From contig VMER01000001.1 of assembly GCA_007375645.1 (NCBI GenBank), positions 69,139-133,138 on the forward strand: a stretch of 64,000 bases of DNA, in the 5' to 3' direction. Position numbers and translations under genes: made by a program. This DNA comes from Parcubacteria group bacterium LiPW_15 (GTDB lineage: Bacteria > Patescibacteriota > Minisyncoccia > UBA6257 > 2-01-FULL-56-20). The notes beneath the pieces are model-generated. The model made no database searches and had not been told where the DNA came from. It saw nothing but the letters and a program-made list of their open reading frames with translations. How positions within the stretch are numbered: position 1 is the stretch's first letter; each line of letters begins with the position of its first letter. Shown here one piece after another: positions 9,925-19,391 of the stretch.

Positions 9925-11150
9925 TCCCCTTTAATTATGGATTTATAGATTTCCGCGCTCGGGCGGAGAGTTCTTCTAAGAGTCCTTCTGTCCACCTCTA
10001 CCAATCCGAACTTGGGCCAGAACCCTTTGTCCCATTCGAAGTTGTCCAGAAGAGACCAATGGAAATATCCGCGCACATCCACCCCTTTTTTAATTGCGGA
10101 TTTTACCGCGGTAAGCGATTCGCGGATAAACCAACCGCGATTTGCGTCGTTCATATCCGCCAAGCCGTTTTCGGTTATGTAGATTGGTTTTTCGTGATGG
10201 GCGAACTCTTCCAATATTTTTTCGAGCCCCCTAGGATACAATTCCCAACCCATGTCCGAGATCTTTTCGTTCAAGTTCCGATTCGGGATCAAATTTACCC
10301 GGCTGTGAAAATAATAATTCAATCCGATGAAATCCAGGTCTTTTATAATTCTGTCCAAAAGCCAATTGTTCCAATAGTATTTTGCCTTTGCGGTTAGCCA
10401 GTTATCCCATTTGCTTCCCGCGGATTCGAAATAGGTCGGATCGGTGGAGAAGCCGATGGAGGCACTTTCCGTTTCGGAGCGGATCGCCCGGTGCATTTCC
10501 CGGTGAGCCCGGACAAGATTTTTTAAAACTTTAAAATAAGCGAAAGGATTGTCATTTTGCGGAGGCCAGATTCCGAAAAGATAGGAATTGCGGGCAAATA
10601 TCTCCGGTTCGTTCAGAGTTATCCAGAATTTAACATCGCTTCCGAATTCTTGCGCGAGTTTTCCGGCATAGCGGGCGATATATTTCGAAAAATCTTTGGA
10701 GCGTGCGCCGCCCTCTTCTGCGAGCCAGGCGGGCAGGGTAAAGTGCCAAACGGTGAGGAACGGTTCGAGCTTGCGCTCGCGCATTGCGCTTATCATCGCG
10801 CGATAATGATCCAGCGCTTCAATATCAAATTTTCCTTCCTCCGGTTCGACTCGGGACCACTCTACGGAAAAACGGTAGGCGTTCGTGCCCATCCCTTTGG
10901 CAAGGTCCAAGTCTTCCTCAAATCGATTCCAATAGTCCGCGGCGATTCCAGAAATATAATTCTCCGGATCAAGCGCATCATTTTTTACAAGCGGCCAAGA
11001 GGGAAGCCTCTTGTATTTTTTTGATCCGTGAGCCAAGCGCGACGCATTCAATTTTTCCCACTCCGTCCAATCGTTATGGTTTCCACCTTCAACCTGGTAG
11101 GCGGAAGTGGAAGTGCCGAAATAAAACCCTTTCGGAAACAAATCATCCAT
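9921..11150 (-). CDS. Glycoside hydrolase family 1 (beta-glucosidase)
   Basis: FG.STSAYQVEG, YRFSVEWSRVEP, TLNEP, ITENG, WSLLDNFEW; start MDDLFPK. Confidence 0.95.
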   Translation of the reverse strand: MDDLFPKGFYFGTSTSAYQVEGGNHNDWTEWEKLNASRLAHGSKKYKRLPSWPLVKNDALDPENYISGIAADYWNRFEEDLDLAKGMGTNAYRFSVEWSRVEPEEGKFDIEALDHYRAMISAMRERKLEPFLTVWHFTLPAWLAEEGGARSKDFSKYIARYAGKLAQEFGSDVKFWITLNEPEIFARNSYLFGIWPPQNDNPFAYFKVLKNLVRAHREMHRAIRSETESASIGFSTDPTYFESAGSKWDNWLTAKAKYYWNNWLLDRIIKDLDFIGLNYYFHSRVNLIPNRNLNEKISDMGWELYPRGLEKILEEFAHHEKPIYITENGLADMNDANRGWFIRESLTAVKSAIKKGVDVRGYFHWSLLDNFEWDKGFWPKFGLVEVDRRTLRRTLRPSAEIYKSIIKGE

Positions 11151-11235
11151 ATATATAGTATAGCGAAACGAAAATCTTTTTTGTCTAAAATTAAAAAGCC
11201 CCGTTTCCGTCGGTTGGCGGAGCGGGGCCCAGTTC

Positions 11236-11454
11236 TCACTGCGAGAGTTTCTCGAGTGGCAGCACGAGATCAAGCTGCTCAACGTAGTGGTTGCTTCCCA
11301 CTACGTTTTCTGTCACCCATCTGTTCGGATCCGTCGGGGCATGCCAGCAAGCCGTGGAAAGATCTCCTACATCTCCCGGATCTTCCGGGACGAGGGTGAC
11401 ACGCATGATGTCCGCTCCGTCGGACTTCGTTTCAAAGCCGATTTTTGCTCTCAT
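11236..11454 (-). CDS. Orphan small protein (SD-led)
   Basis: GGGAAGGAGAAGAGA before ATG; terminator hairpin at about 11193-11230. Confidence 0.6.
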   Translation of the reverse strand: MRAKIGFETKSDGADIMRVTLVPEDPGDVGDLSTACWHAPTDPNRWVTENVVGSNHYVEQLDLVLPLEKLSQ

Positions 11455-11565
11455 TCTCTTCTCCTTCCCATGTTCGGAATAGGCCAAAACTTGCTGCTCG
11501 CAGTATATGTCCGGAAAGCCAGCATTTGCAATACTTTCGGAGCTTCCCGGGCCCCCAGATAAGGG

Positions 11566-11593
11566 TTGACAAACGGTCGTGGATATATATACT
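11566..11593 (+). promoter_or_regulatory. rRNA promoter (TTGACA-16-TATACT), with a boxA-like GTTTCTTTGACA at about 11627-11638
   Basis: Near-consensus sigma70 elements with the 16-bp spacer typical of rrn promoters. Confidence 0.75.
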
Positions 11594-11760
11594 TATCTTC
11601 ACGTGCGGACATCGGTCCGTCCGTTTGTTTCTTTGACATGCTAATAGGTAAAGGTTCAATAAAAAAGAGAGTTTTTTAGTTGTTCCAATTGTGTTTTAAA
11701 ATTGCCTCAAAATTTATTTTGAGAGCGAATCTGGGAGAAGCCTTCGGGCTACTCTAAGAT

Positions 11761-13299
11761 TTTTATGAGGATTTGATCCTGGTCCAGGATGAACGCTGGC
11801 GGTGTGGATAAGGCATGCAAGTCGAGCGGAACTAATTTTGAAGAAGTTGAGATTACATCAAGGCGACGGATTTATTAGTTTAGCGGCGAACGAGTTAGTA
11901 ACACCCTAGTCACGTACCCCGAAGTCAGAGATAGTCCGCCGAAAGGCGGGGTAATACCTGATATTGTCGCAAGACGAAAGCCGCAAGGCGCTTCGGGATC
12001 GGCTTAGGTCCGATCAGCTAGTTGGTAAGGTAACGGCTTACCAAGGCTATGACCGGTAGGGGAGGTGAGAGCCTGACCCCCAACGACGAGACTGAGACAC
12101 GGCTCGTACTCCTACGGGAGGCAGCAGTCGAGAATATTCGACAATGGGCGAAAGCCTGATCGAGCGACACCGCGTGCAGGATGAAGGCCTTCGGGTCGTA
12201 AACTGCGGTAACAAGACTGCAACTCAAGTGAGCGTCTTGTGAGAAGAGGTGGGTAACTACGTGCCAGCACCAGCGGTAATACGTAGACCTCAAGCGTTAT
12301 CCGGATTTATTGGGCGTAAAGCGCATGTAGGAGGTTTTGTGCGTCCTTGGTTAAAGCCCACCGCTCAACGGTGGAAGTGCCCGGGATACGGCAGAACTAG
12401 AGGGAGTTAGAGGTGAATGGAACCCACGGTGTAGGGGTGAAATCCGTTGATATCGTGGGGAACACCAAAGGCGAAGGCAGTTCACTGGGACTTTCCTGAC
12501 TCTGAGATGCGAAAGCGTGGGGAGCAAAAAGGATTAGATACCCTTGTAGTCCACGCCCTAAACGATGTCTGTTAGCTGTTTCGAGTATCGACCCTCGGGG
12601 TGGCGTAGCTAACGCGTTAAACAGACCGCCTGGGAAGTACGAGCGCAAGCTTAAAACTCAAAGGAATAGACGGGGACTCGCACAAGCGGTGGAACATGAG
12701 GTTTAATTCGACGGTACGCGAGGAACCTTACCAGGGTTTGAAATTCTAGGTGAAAGCCGATGGAAACATTGGCCCTCTCTCAAGGACGCCTAGTTCAGGT
12801 GCTGCATGGTTGTCGTCAGCTCGTGCCGTGAGGCGTTCCCTTAATTGGGGTAACGAGCGCAACCCCTGCCACGTGTTACAAGTGTCACGTGGAACTGCCC
12901 AGCTCCAAGATCGGGATTTTTAATAATCGTGATTTTAGAGCTGGGAGGAAGGAGGGGATGACGTCAAATCCGCATGGCCCTTTGATACCCTGGGCTACAC
13001 TCATGTTACAATGGTCAAGACAGCGGGCTGCCAAGCCGTAAGGCGGAGCCAATCTCTAAAACTTGACCCCAGTTCGGATTGGGGGCTGCAACTCGCCCCC
13101 ATGAAGCCGGAATCGCTAGTAATCGCGGATCAGCAACGCCGCGGTGAATACGTTCTCGAGTCCTGTACTCACCGCCCGTCACGCCAAGGGAGCCGGTAAT
13201 AGGTGAAGTTCGTTTACGCGAATCAGCCTAGGATCGGTGACATGGGCGAAGTCGTAACAAGGCACGCGTAGCGGAAGCTGTGCGTGAATCAATTAAACT
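11761..13299 (+). rRNA. rrs: 16S rRNA, stand-alone (unlinked), without anti-SD tail
   Basis: TTTGATCCTGG, CCTACGGGAGGCAGCAG, GTGCCAGC..GCGGTAA, ATTAGATACCC, AAGTCGTAACAAGG; flanks 11661-11693 and 13402-13430 pair as a processing stalk; ends approximate. Confidence 0.98.
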
Positions 13300-13461
13300 A
13301 CTTAGTCGAACGTGTCTCGCTTCCGATCGTGAATCGATCGCGGCTGGAAGCGAGACATGAATTGCTGAAGTCCCTCCATAGCTTTATGCGAAGGAGGGCA
13401 GCACGATTGGGACAACTAAAAAGCTCTTTTAATAAATAGCTGATAGGTTAGAATGTAAAGA

Positions 13462-13866
13462 ATGGAAGAAATCCAGAAGAACATATTAATAGTGGAAGAC
13501 GACCCGTTCTTTTCCATGATCCTCAAGGGACGCATGGAGAAACAAGGGTTTGCTGTTCGCCAGGCTTTTGATGGCGAAGTGGCTCTTACCATGGCTAGGG
13601 AGCAGGCGCCGGATCTTATAATCCTGGACCTTATCATCCCGAAGCTTTCGGGTTTTGAGTTTCTGGAAACTATTTTTTCCGACCCTCAGCTTAACCGGGT
13701 TCCGGTCGTAGTGGCCAGCAATCTCGGTCAGGAGAGCGACATAGAAAAAGCGAAGAGACTTGGAGTATTGGACTATTACGTTAAAGTCCGGACTTCGGTG
13801 GATGACCTCGTTAAAATATTAACGAATATCGTGAACCAAGGTCCGCAAGCGGCGAACCCACAATAG
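13462..13866 (+). CDS. Single-domain response regulator (receiver)
   Basis: ILIVEDD, PDLIILDLIIPKLSG, YYVK. Confidence 0.92.
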   Translation: MEEIQKNILIVEDDPFFSMILKGRMEKQGFAVRQAFDGEVALTMAREQAPDLIILDLIIPKLSGFEFLETIFSDPQLNRVPVVVASNLGQESDIEKAKRLGVLDYYVKVRTSVDDLVKILTNIVNQGPQAANPQ

Positions 13867-13895
13867 TTCGACCCTGCTCACCATAAATAAACAAA

Positions 13896-14198
13896 ATGAT
13901 AAGCGAAGAAATTCTTAAAAAAATAAAACCGGGCGCGAAAGTAAAGGTTTTTGAAGGCACCACTCCTTTCGAAGGTTTGGTTTTGGCCAGGAAGCACGGC
14001 AAAGAAACCGGTGCGACTTTTACCGTCCGGGCTAACGTTGCCGGTGTCGGCGTGGAAAAAGTTTTTCCGATAAACGTTCCAACTATCACCAAAATCGAAG
14101 TTTTGAGTTCGCCCAAAAAAGTGCATCGTTCCAAGCTTTACTTTGTCCGCGGTATGGCCGGACACAGAGTCAGGAAGAAGATCGGCGTATCTGTATAA
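13896..14198 (+). CDS. rplS: 50S ribosomal protein L19
   Basis: FEGLVLARK...TFTVR...GVGVEKVFP...RSKLYF.R. Confidence 0.95.
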   Translation: MISEEILKKIKPGAKVKVFEGTTPFEGLVLARKHGKETGATFTVRANVAGVGVEKVFPINVPTITKIEVLSSPKKVHRSKLYFVRGMAGHRVRKKIGVSV

Positions 14199-14262
14199 CT
14201 ATAAAAAAAGAAATGCCCGGACAGTCCATGGACTATCCGGGTTTTTCGTTCGGAGTTCCCGA

Positions 14263-14409
14263 TCACTTTTTTTTGGGGAAGACGCGGATGGATGCGGCAA
14301 GAGCAATGATTGCGAGAAGAAAGAGGCCTGGGTCCTTCTCTCCGAACGCCGCATAGATGGCAGCGGCGATGCTTCCGTAGATGAAGGCGATGGCGAGCGT
14401 TTTTCTCAT
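14263..14409 (-). CDS. 48-aa two-TM orphan peptide (SD-led; not in the ORF track)
   Basis: MRKTLAIAFIYGSIAAAIYAAFGEKDPGLFLLAIIALAASIRVFPKKK*, preceded by AGGAGGTGA. Confidence 0.65.
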   Translation of the reverse strand: MRKTLAIAFIYGSIAAAIYAAFGEKDPGLFLLAIIALAASIRVFPKKK

Positions 14410-14510
14410 GGCTCACCTCCTACTGCGCTCAGTCTCTCAAATATTTGAAAATTTTGCAATCATAGGTTAATCTCCGGGGAGCGCGCGTAATCGACTTTGG
14501 GAGGTGGAAA

Positions 14511-14723
14511 TTGAAAGAGAAGGACTACGTCTTGGTTTATAAAGCACGCGGCAAAAGGAAGTGGGGTGGGACCTCATTTTCTACACACAGGAATACCGGG
14601 CGGCAGTTCGCCATTCGAAAAGCAGAAAAAATCTGCGAGGAGAAGGGATATCGTCCGAAACTTCTTTTTCTTGCCAGACCCGAACGTCCATTCACAAGGG
14701 TTTATGAGTGGAAGAGGAGATAG
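14511..14723 (+). CDS. Basic orphan small protein (SD-led, TTG start)
   Basis: GGGAGGTGG before TTG; terminator CCGGGGC..GCCCGG-T8 at about 14730-14755. Confidence 0.6.
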   Translation: MKEKDYVLVYKARGKRKWGGTSFSTHRNTGRQFAIRKAEKICEEKGYRPKLLFLARPERPFTRVYEWKRR

Positions 14724-14843
14724 TTACCGACCGGGGCCCGCGCCCGGTTTTTTTTGTTGAAATTTACAAAATATTCATTTTTTCGCTGTTTTATATCCGG
14801 CATATGCTATACCTTGAGAGAAATGATATAATTTAGGAAAGAG

Positions 14844-15491
14844 ATGAAGCCGCTTGGAAAAGTAAATCTAAAATGGTCTCCGGATTTTGCTTATGCGTTG
14901 GGCCTTTTGGCGACTGACGGAAATTTATCTCTGGATGGTAGGCACATAGATCTAACTTCTAAAGATAATGAACAACTTGGAAATTTTTTACGGTGCCTAA
15001 AAATAGCTAATAAAATTGGCTCTAAATATTCCGGTTCCGGTAGAAAATATTTTCGAGTACAAATTGGAGACATAAATTTTTACAAATTTCTTCTTAATGT
15101 CGGGTTTATGCCGGCCAAATCCAAAATTATATCTAAATTGGATATTCCGGATAAGTACTTCTTTGATTTTCTCCGCGGCCATTTTGATGGTGATGGAACT
15201 TTTTATTCTTATCGAGATGCGCGCTGGAGGAATAGTTTTATGTTTTACACAGTTTTTGTTTCCGCAAGCATGGCTCATCTAAAATGGCTAAGAAATAAGC
15301 TTTTTGATAACTTAGATATAAGCGGACACATTTCTTCCAGCAAAAATAGAAGCGCGCATGAGCTCAGGTATGCCAAGGCGGAATCATTGAAATTATTACC
15401 GAAGCTGTATTATAATCCATTGGTAATTTGTTTATCCCGAAAGAGAAACAAGGTAGAGGGGGTATTGGCTTCACAGGGTAAAAAATTATGA
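14844..15491 (+). CDS. Free-standing double-motif LAGLIDADG endonuclease-like protein
   Basis: AYALGLLATDGNL and FDFLRGHFDGDGTF motifs. Confidence 0.88.
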   Translation: MKPLGKVNLKWSPDFAYALGLLATDGNLSLDGRHIDLTSKDNEQLGNFLRCLKIANKIGSKYSGSGRKYFRVQIGDINFYKFLLNVGFMPAKSKIISKLDIPDKYFFDFLRGHFDGDGTFYSYRDARWRNSFMFYTVFVSASMAHLKWLRNKLFDNLDISGHISSSKNRSAHELRYAKAESLKLLPKLYYNPLVICLSRKRNKVEGVLASQGKKL

Positions 15492-15492
15492 G

Positions 15493-17040
15493 TTATATGC
15501 GCGGGTGGCGAAACTGGCAGACGCACATCCTTGAGATGGATGCGCCCGCAAGGGCTTGCAGGTTCAACTCCTGTCCCGCGCACAAGTTGTCAAAAGTAGG
15601 GTTTTCAGCCATTTTTGCGATTATCGAAAATGGTTTTTTGTATTGATATTCCTGCACATTCTGGCTTTTGATAGAAAGGTTCCAAAGTAAATTTTGAGCA
15701 ATAATTCTTCTTTGCTCTGGAGAAGATTCCAAATATTGTTTTTCCTTTTTATTGCTTGATAAAAACAGCTCTTTTGTCGGTTCCAAAGTACTTCCGGGTT
15801 GTCGGTAGTCTGCGCCAAGTTGCTTAAGTTGGGATTCTAGTTCGACTCTCTTGTTGCCTAATTCAAGCAGTTTTTGCCTATAGACGGCTTCGGGCGTTAC
15901 TCCGTCGATAAAACTATCAACCAAGCGAGATTGTTTATCCTGAAGCGATATAAGTTGTTTTTCGATAGATTCCTGAATTGGTTCCATAGACTGACCTTGC
16001 CCGGCAAGTTTCTCTTTTGCGGCTTGATACATAACCTCAATAAGATCTTCACTCAATTGAAGTTTTCTGAGAGCCTCGGCAACAAAGGCATCAAGAGTTT
16101 CTGAGCGCATATACTTCTTATGCTCCACACAATTTCCTCTGCCATTTGTGCAGTAGTAATAATCATGTCCCTTTTTATGGGTGGCAGTTAATGCACAACC
16201 ACAATTGGCACAAGAAAATATTCCTCGCAAATGAAAAAACAATCCTTTGGGTCGCGTTGCCCTAAGTCGCCCGATAAAAACATCTGAGGCACGATCAAAT
16301 AACTCTTTGGAAATTAATGGTTCATGTTTGCCAGGATAATACTTTCCATCCTTTACCATCATTCCGTAATAAAATGGGTTCTTTAGAATCTTTTGAATGC
16401 GCGAGCGATGAACTTTGTTACCCCTACCGCTTCTAAGACCCTGTTTATAAAACAAATCAGTTATGTCTTCTAGGCTATAGTTTCCGGTGGCATAAGTTTC
16501 AAACATCTTTTTTACATACGGAGCCAAGATAGGGTCGTGGAATATGGTTTTGTCCGCTTTATTATTCTTATACCCAAATGGAGCCATTTGAGGCCATCCG
16601 CCGGCTTCAAGCTTTGCTTTGTTACCACGCTTAACGTTCTTAGAGAGGTCATCAATATACTTTTGAGCCATACCAAATTCTAAATACATGAGGATAGAGT
16701 TTTCATCATCTCGCCGGTAAGACTGCGCCGGAGTAATAATCTCTAAGTCATTCTGTTTAATAGCCCATATAAGACCGCCACCATCAATAGGATTCCTAGA
16801 GAGACGATCGAGCTTCCAGCAGACAATGCCTCGAATCTTCTTTTTAGTTACATAATCAAGCATCTGCCCAAATATTGGGCGGCCGGGTGCTTTCGCAGAT
16901 TGAGACTCAGTAAATATTTTTTCAATTTCTAATCCTCGGCGAGCGGCAAATTCTTCAAGCTCTTTTACTTGAGCAGGGATAGATAGAATTTGTCGACCCT
17001 CGTCTTCGGTGCTTTTCCGGCAATAGATAATATATTTCAT
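15493..17040 (-). CDS. Large serine recombinase (resolvase, recombinase, Zn-ribbon, coiled coil)
   Basis: YCRKST..Q..S, ES.SAK..GRP.F, WKLDRLSRN, C..CG..YYYC; C-terminus runs antisense through the tRNA. Confidence 0.95.
   Translation of the reverse strand: MKYIIYCRKSTEDEGRQILSIPAQVKELEEFAARRGLEIEKIFTESQSAKAPGRPIFGQMLDYVTKKKIRGIVCWKLDRLSRNPIDGGGLIWAIKQNDLEIITPAQSYRRDDENSILMYLEFGMAQKYIDDLSKNVKRGNKAKLEAGGWPQMAPFGYKNNKADKTIFHDPILAPYVKKMFETYATGNYSLEDITDLFYKQGLRSGRGNKVHRSRIQKILKNPFYYGMMVKDGKYYPGKHEPLISKELFDRASDVFIGRLRATRPKGLFFHLRGIFSCANCGCALTATHKKGHDYYYCTNGRGNCVEHKKYMRSETLDAFVAEALRKLQLSEDLIEVMYQAAKEKLAGQGQSMEPIQESIEKQLISLQDKQSRLVDSFIDGVTPEAVYRQKLLELGNKRVELESQLKQLGADYRQPGSTLEPTKELFLSSNKKEKQYLESSPEQRRIIAQNLLWNLSIKSQNVQEYQYKKPFSIIAKMAENPTFDNLCAGQELNLQALAGASISRMCVCQFRHPRI
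15499..15582 (+). tRNA. tRNA-Leu (GAG), no encoded CCA; integration target
   Basis: GCGCGGG/CCCGCGC acceptor stem, CATCC-TTGAGAT-GGATG anticodon arm, long variable arm, GGTTCAACTCC T arm. Confidence 0.96.
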
Positions 17041-17792
17041 TGTTTTTGTGGTTCGTATCCTTGAATATATGTTTTCTTTGTAACTTGTCCCAGAAACTGG
17101 TGTTCTCGGCTAAACTCTCTGGCGGGTTTTTTAACAGAATAGCGTTCGGCTAAATAATCCGCAAACTTGTTCCGAATAATCAGATCGGCTGGGAAGCCAC
17201 GTGAGATCCTTAAAAGTCTCATAGCATTAAACATAACTTGGTTTTTGGACTTGGTTACATATTTGCTAATGTAATATGCCAACTTTCCAGAACCGTCAGT
17301 TTTTGTCGCATCCACATAACCCTCTCCCCAAATGCCAGCGAGGATTCTCGTTTTACGTTCGTCACCGATGGAAACAGTCCGTCCACCTTGGCGCGTATCA
17401 CCAAGAGACAACGGCACGTTAAAAATAAGACCATGGAAATGTATTCTTCCTCTTGGGGAGAGTTCGGGAACAAAGAGAGATTCCGCTTTAGGATATTTAG
17501 ATCGCAACCGCACCTGGAAGACGCGAAGTGAATCGTTTGCATATGAGGCATCTGAGGCGTCGCCTTTAAAGGTGAGAGTAACCAACAACGGAGTCCCAAA
17601 TTCTGCAAGGCCAGCAAACACGCGCCGCACACATATTTGTCGAGTCCGCCGAGCATTATCGGGTCGCCTAGCTCCGAATAAAACATGCCTTTTTCTGGGA
17701 GAGTATAAATGTATTTTGGGCGGTTCTTTTTCAAACCATGTGATTTCTGTGAGTTTCCCATTATTTCTAAAGATTGTAGGCATATTTAACAA
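17037..17792 (-). CDS. HUH rolling-circle replication initiator (Rep)
   Basis: Motif I LVTLTF, motif II RGRIHFHGL, motif III YYISKYVTK; start uncertain. Confidence 0.85.
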   Translation of the reverse strand: MLNMPTIFRNNGKLTEITWFEKEPPKIHLYSPRKRHVLFGARRPDNARRTRQICVRRVFAGLAEFGTPLLVTLTFKGDASDASYANDSLRVFQVRLRSKYPKAESLFVPELSPRGRIHFHGLIFNVPLSLGDTRQGGRTVSIGDERKTRILAGIWGEGYVDATKTDGSGKLAYYISKYVTKSKNQVMFNAMRLLRISRGFPADLIIRNKFADYLAERYSVKKPAREFSREHQFLGQVTKKTYIQGYEPQKQ

Positions 17793-18007
17793 CTATGAGG
17801 GTATATCAAGTCAGGCGAGGGAATCCCTCCCGCCTTCGGCGGTCGGGATTCCCTCGCGGACTCGGAAGGAAGGGGATAGAAGGCCAAAAAAAAGTCAACC
17901 AGGTCATCCAGGTATTCAAGAGCTTGATCACGGGAAAGAACTAGGTTGTAGTCCCGCTTAAAGATTCTGGTTATCTCGACAATTAGTGGTTCGCTATACT
18001 GCGTCAT
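17786..18007 (-). CDS. Small hypothetical protein upstream of rep
   Basis: 73 aa; overlaps the rep start; amphipathic N-terminal half. Confidence 0.55.
   Translation of the reverse strand: MTQYSEPLIVEITRIFKRDYNLVLSRDQALEYLDDLVDFFLAFYPLPSESARESRPPKAGGIPSPDLIYPHSC
17804..17857 (-). other. Candidate double-strand origin: GC hairpin followed by CTTGATA
   Basis: 13-bp perfect inverted repeat at 17815-17827/17845-17857 with an inner 5-bp stem; CTTGATA (17810-17804, minus) matches the pC194/phiX174-type nick consensus. Confidence 0.7.
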
Positions 18008-18068
18008 AAAAAAATAGGCTTTTTCGGAAGCCTATTCTTTTGAGCCGTGATTCACTTTCGTTCGCCGG

Positions 18069-18650
18069 TTAAAGTAGCCTATAAACTGACTTACCTCGCC
18101 ATTCTAGAAGCATGAGACCCGGAGCTTCGTCCTGAAATTTATCGTTAATTGCCCGAACAGTGTCTGAGATTGATTTTCTTGCCTTTTCCTTTTCGCCCGC
18201 TTCCTTACCCACGACTTCTTCATAAAGAACATCCCAGCTTATCGGTGTATTTATTTTCTGGCCGAACATAAATTTAAGAAGATACGCTTGGCGACTATCT
18301 GGTTCAATCTTAATTTCCTTCCCGCCGTAAAAGAGAATTGTCTGGTTCACATCGTAACTAACGCCGTAAACCTTTTCGTTTTTAAGCTCTCCCTTTTTGA
18401 ACTTCTCAAACCTGTCTTTGTCGATATCAAACATATACAACACATCTTCCAAAGCACCCTTTTCATTACTAGTCGGAACATCGGCAGTGTCGAAAAGGCC
18501 AATTATGCCCAAGCCCTTAAGTTCGTAAAGTAGGGCTTCCATATTTTTCGAACGACCCTCTAGAATGCTTACATTCTTGCGGTTCGGGAAATGAATCAAA
18601 AAATTATTGATTTTGCCTATCAGCTCTTGCATTTCGCCACTCATGTTCAT
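18069..18650 (-). CDS. Hypothetical protein with C-terminal winged-helix (OmpR-effector-like) domain
   Basis: Q..LL..MF....TPISWD.LYE.V......SISDTVRAIN.K pattern. Confidence 0.65.
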   Translation of the reverse strand: MNMSGEMQELIGKINNFLIHFPNRKNVSILEGRSKNMEALLYELKGLGIIGLFDTADVPTSNEKGALEDVLYMFDIDKDRFEKFKKGELKNEKVYGVSYDVNQTILFYGGKEIKIEPDSRQAYLLKFMFGQKINTPISWDVLYEEVVGKEAGEKEKARKSISDTVRAINDKFQDEAPGLMLLEWRGKSVYRLL

Positions 18651-18859
18651 GTTGAAAAAATAGCGGATTTATTGGATAATTTCAATACAACTGAATAACG
18701 GCCTAAACCGCTTAGCGATAGGTGGCATGGTCAAAAAACTTTCGAGGGCATCAAGCTCCTAGTCAGAGCACCCTCGAAAGTCATACCCCGAAAGGAGTAT
18801 GGGTGTCGCAAGACATCGCTGGCTGGGAGCTTTATGTTTCTGGCCAAATAAAATACTAC

Positions 18860-19333
18860 ATGGACGCAAAGTTTATAAAACATTTAATAAAGGGAAAAAT
18901 CGCCGAGATTATTTTTGAGCAAATGTTTCGTGAATCAGGGAAATATACAATTCTTCATTCCGGCTACGAATACACCCTGCCCGAGCTGGCTCAATATCAG
19001 CATCTTACGGAAGTGAAGGCCGTAATAGAAAATATCAAAAATGCGCCGGATTTCGTATTAATATCACAAGACAAAAAGGAAGTTCACTTGGTGGAGGTCA
19101 AATATCGCGACCCTAGAAGGCCGGAAGACTTGAAAGAAATAGTCGGAAAAACCTTAGAGATTTGGAATCCATCTTGGCTGTTTGTTGCATCACCTGACGG
19201 ATTTTTCTTTGAACCCTGCAACACAGTTTTAAGAAATAACGGGAATATTGAACGAATGTATGCAAGGTGGGTTGACCCTAAAATCCAGGAAGAATACCTC
19301 AAGCTGCTCAACCAATTTGAGCTGAAAGGATAG
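18860..19333 (+). CDS. PD-(D/E)XK nuclease-fold protein
   Basis: KG.IAE, PDFV, LVEVKYR; start chosen at MDAKF. Confidence 0.7.
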   Translation: MDAKFIKHLIKGKIAEIIFEQMFRESGKYTILHSGYEYTLPELAQYQHLTEVKAVIENIKNAPDFVLISQDKKEVHLVEVKYRDPRRPEDLKEIVGKTLEIWNPSWLFVASPDGFFFEPCNTVLRNNGNIERMYARWVDPKIQEEYLKLLNQFELKG

Positions 19334-19391
19334 CAATATTGTTGTGCTGACTTAATTTGCCTAGTTGAAAAGCGAGGGGTAGTATTTGGTT

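Noticed and set aside
12898-12945. Intron in the 16S rRNA
   Set aside because: Only a short hairpin extension, with no ORF or group I core.
12018-13199. ORFs within the 16S and rnpB regions
   Set aside because: Shadow ORFs over structural RNA genes.
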